DNA of 17,296 nt from a virus: UHGV virus genome UHGV-0304874; one strand, written 5' to 3'. Position numbers and translations under genes: made by a program. Of the stretch, positions 16,609 to 17,296 are shown piece after piece. The notes below the pieces were generated by a model. That model was not told the DNA's origin, did not search any database, and was given only the letters and a program-made list of their open reading frames with translations. Within the stretch, counting starts at the first letter, position 1. Every line of letters begins with the position of its first letter.

Positions 16609-16640
16609 CGCATGTCCGCATGTCCGCATGTCCGCATTTC
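16609..16640 (+). repeat. Tandem 8-bp repeat (CCGCATGT x3, then CCGCATTT) just downstream of the nuclease-like ORF
   Basis: Read directly: CCGCATGTCCGCATGTCCGCATGTCCGCATTT. Confidence 0.7.
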
Positions 16641-16844
16641 GCTCAAAGCAGACTGTCAGATTTGATAGCGTTTGGGCTATGTAAATTGTCAGTTGGAAAA
16701 TGAGTGAGTGCAAATCATGGCAGGCTGGCGGATTACCCGCCTTTTCTTTGTCTGTTGTTTCATCCCCTGACCAGCCAGGTCAAATAGCGTCTCATGCTCT
16801 GCACAACAGAAAATAGTTGCACCCATTAACCACGGAGTTAAACG

Positions 16845-17296
16845 GATGAGTGACTATCATCACGGCGTGCAGGTGCTGGAGATTAACGACGGCACCCGTG
16901 TCATTTCCACCGTATCCACTGCCATTGTCGGCATGGTCTGCACGGCCAGCGATGCGGATGCGGAAACCTTCCCCCTCAATAAACCGGTGCTGATTACCAA
17001 TGTGCAGAGCGCAATTGCAAAGGCCGGTAAAAAAGGCACGCTGGCGGCATCGTTGCAGGCCATCGCTGACCAGTCAAAACCGGTCACCGTTGTCGTGCGT
17101 GTGGAAGACGGCACCGGCGACGACGAGGAAACGAAACTCGCGCAGACCGTTTCCAATATCATCGGCACCACCGACGAAAACGGTCAGTACACCGGACTAA
17201 AAGCACTGCTGGCGGCGGAGTCGGTAACCGGTGTTAAACCGCGTATTCTCGGTGTGCCGGGACTGGATACCAAACAGGTGGCTGTTGCACTGGCAT
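16845..17296 (+). CDS. FI: Tail sheath protein (P2 gpFI-like), N-terminal 150 aa; continues beyond the window
   Basis: ATG at 16845, 8 nt after GGAG; translation [61 protein letters not shown] is P2 FI-like; open to the window end, so absent from the ORF track. Confidence 0.9.

Larger units (their letters stand above)
1..17296. mobile_element. P2-like (Peduovirus-type) prophage segment: right-end cargo, cos, then Q/P and the late capsid, lysis and tail genes through the start of FI
   Basis: Collinear P2 order Q-P(minus)/O-N-M-L-X-Y-K-lysA-lysB-lysC-R...I-H-G...FI. Protein lengths match P2 as recalled (P 590, O 284, N 357, M 247, L 169, X 67, Y 93, K 165, R 155, I 176, G 175 aa). Overlapping stop/start junctions typical of P2 late operons. 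Confidence 0.9.

Noticed and set aside
16609-16640. Tandem 8-bp repeats considered as a CRISPR array
   Set aside because: The units are far too short and have no spacers; this is a simple microsatellite-like array.

Overview
This window is a segment of a P2-like (Peduovirus-type) prophage from an enterobacterial genome, in P2 reference orientation. The phage backbone reads: portal Q and terminase P on the minus strand, then O-N-M-L-X-Y-K-lysA-lysB-lysC-R, I-H-G and the start of tail sheath FI on the plus strand. Gene sizes and overlaps match P2 closely, as recalled from memory of the reference genome. Three things stand out. (1) Two cargo modules flank the cos site: a large minus-strand gene (1..1141, running off the window) with SIR2-like NADase motifs sits at the position P2 uses for old/tin, and a translationally coupled two-gene operon (1599..2331: a small four-cysteine protein plus a two-helix membrane protein) is wedged between cos and Q. 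The operon has no family I can recognise by eye and is my best candidate for an undescribed system. (2) The G-to-FI gap, where P2 carries Z/fun, holds a second cargo island: two AT-rich orphan ORFs and a 278-aa protein with an N-terminal Mrr-like PD-(D/E)xK nuclease signature. (3) The tail module lacks S, V, W and J. R is followed by a 36-codon ORF that keeps the 8-bp overlap with R and with I, consistent with a clean in-frame deletion, so the element is probably a tail-defective prophage. No tRNA, rRNA or CRISPR array was seen. All functional calls rest on reading motifs and gene order by eye; no searches were run.
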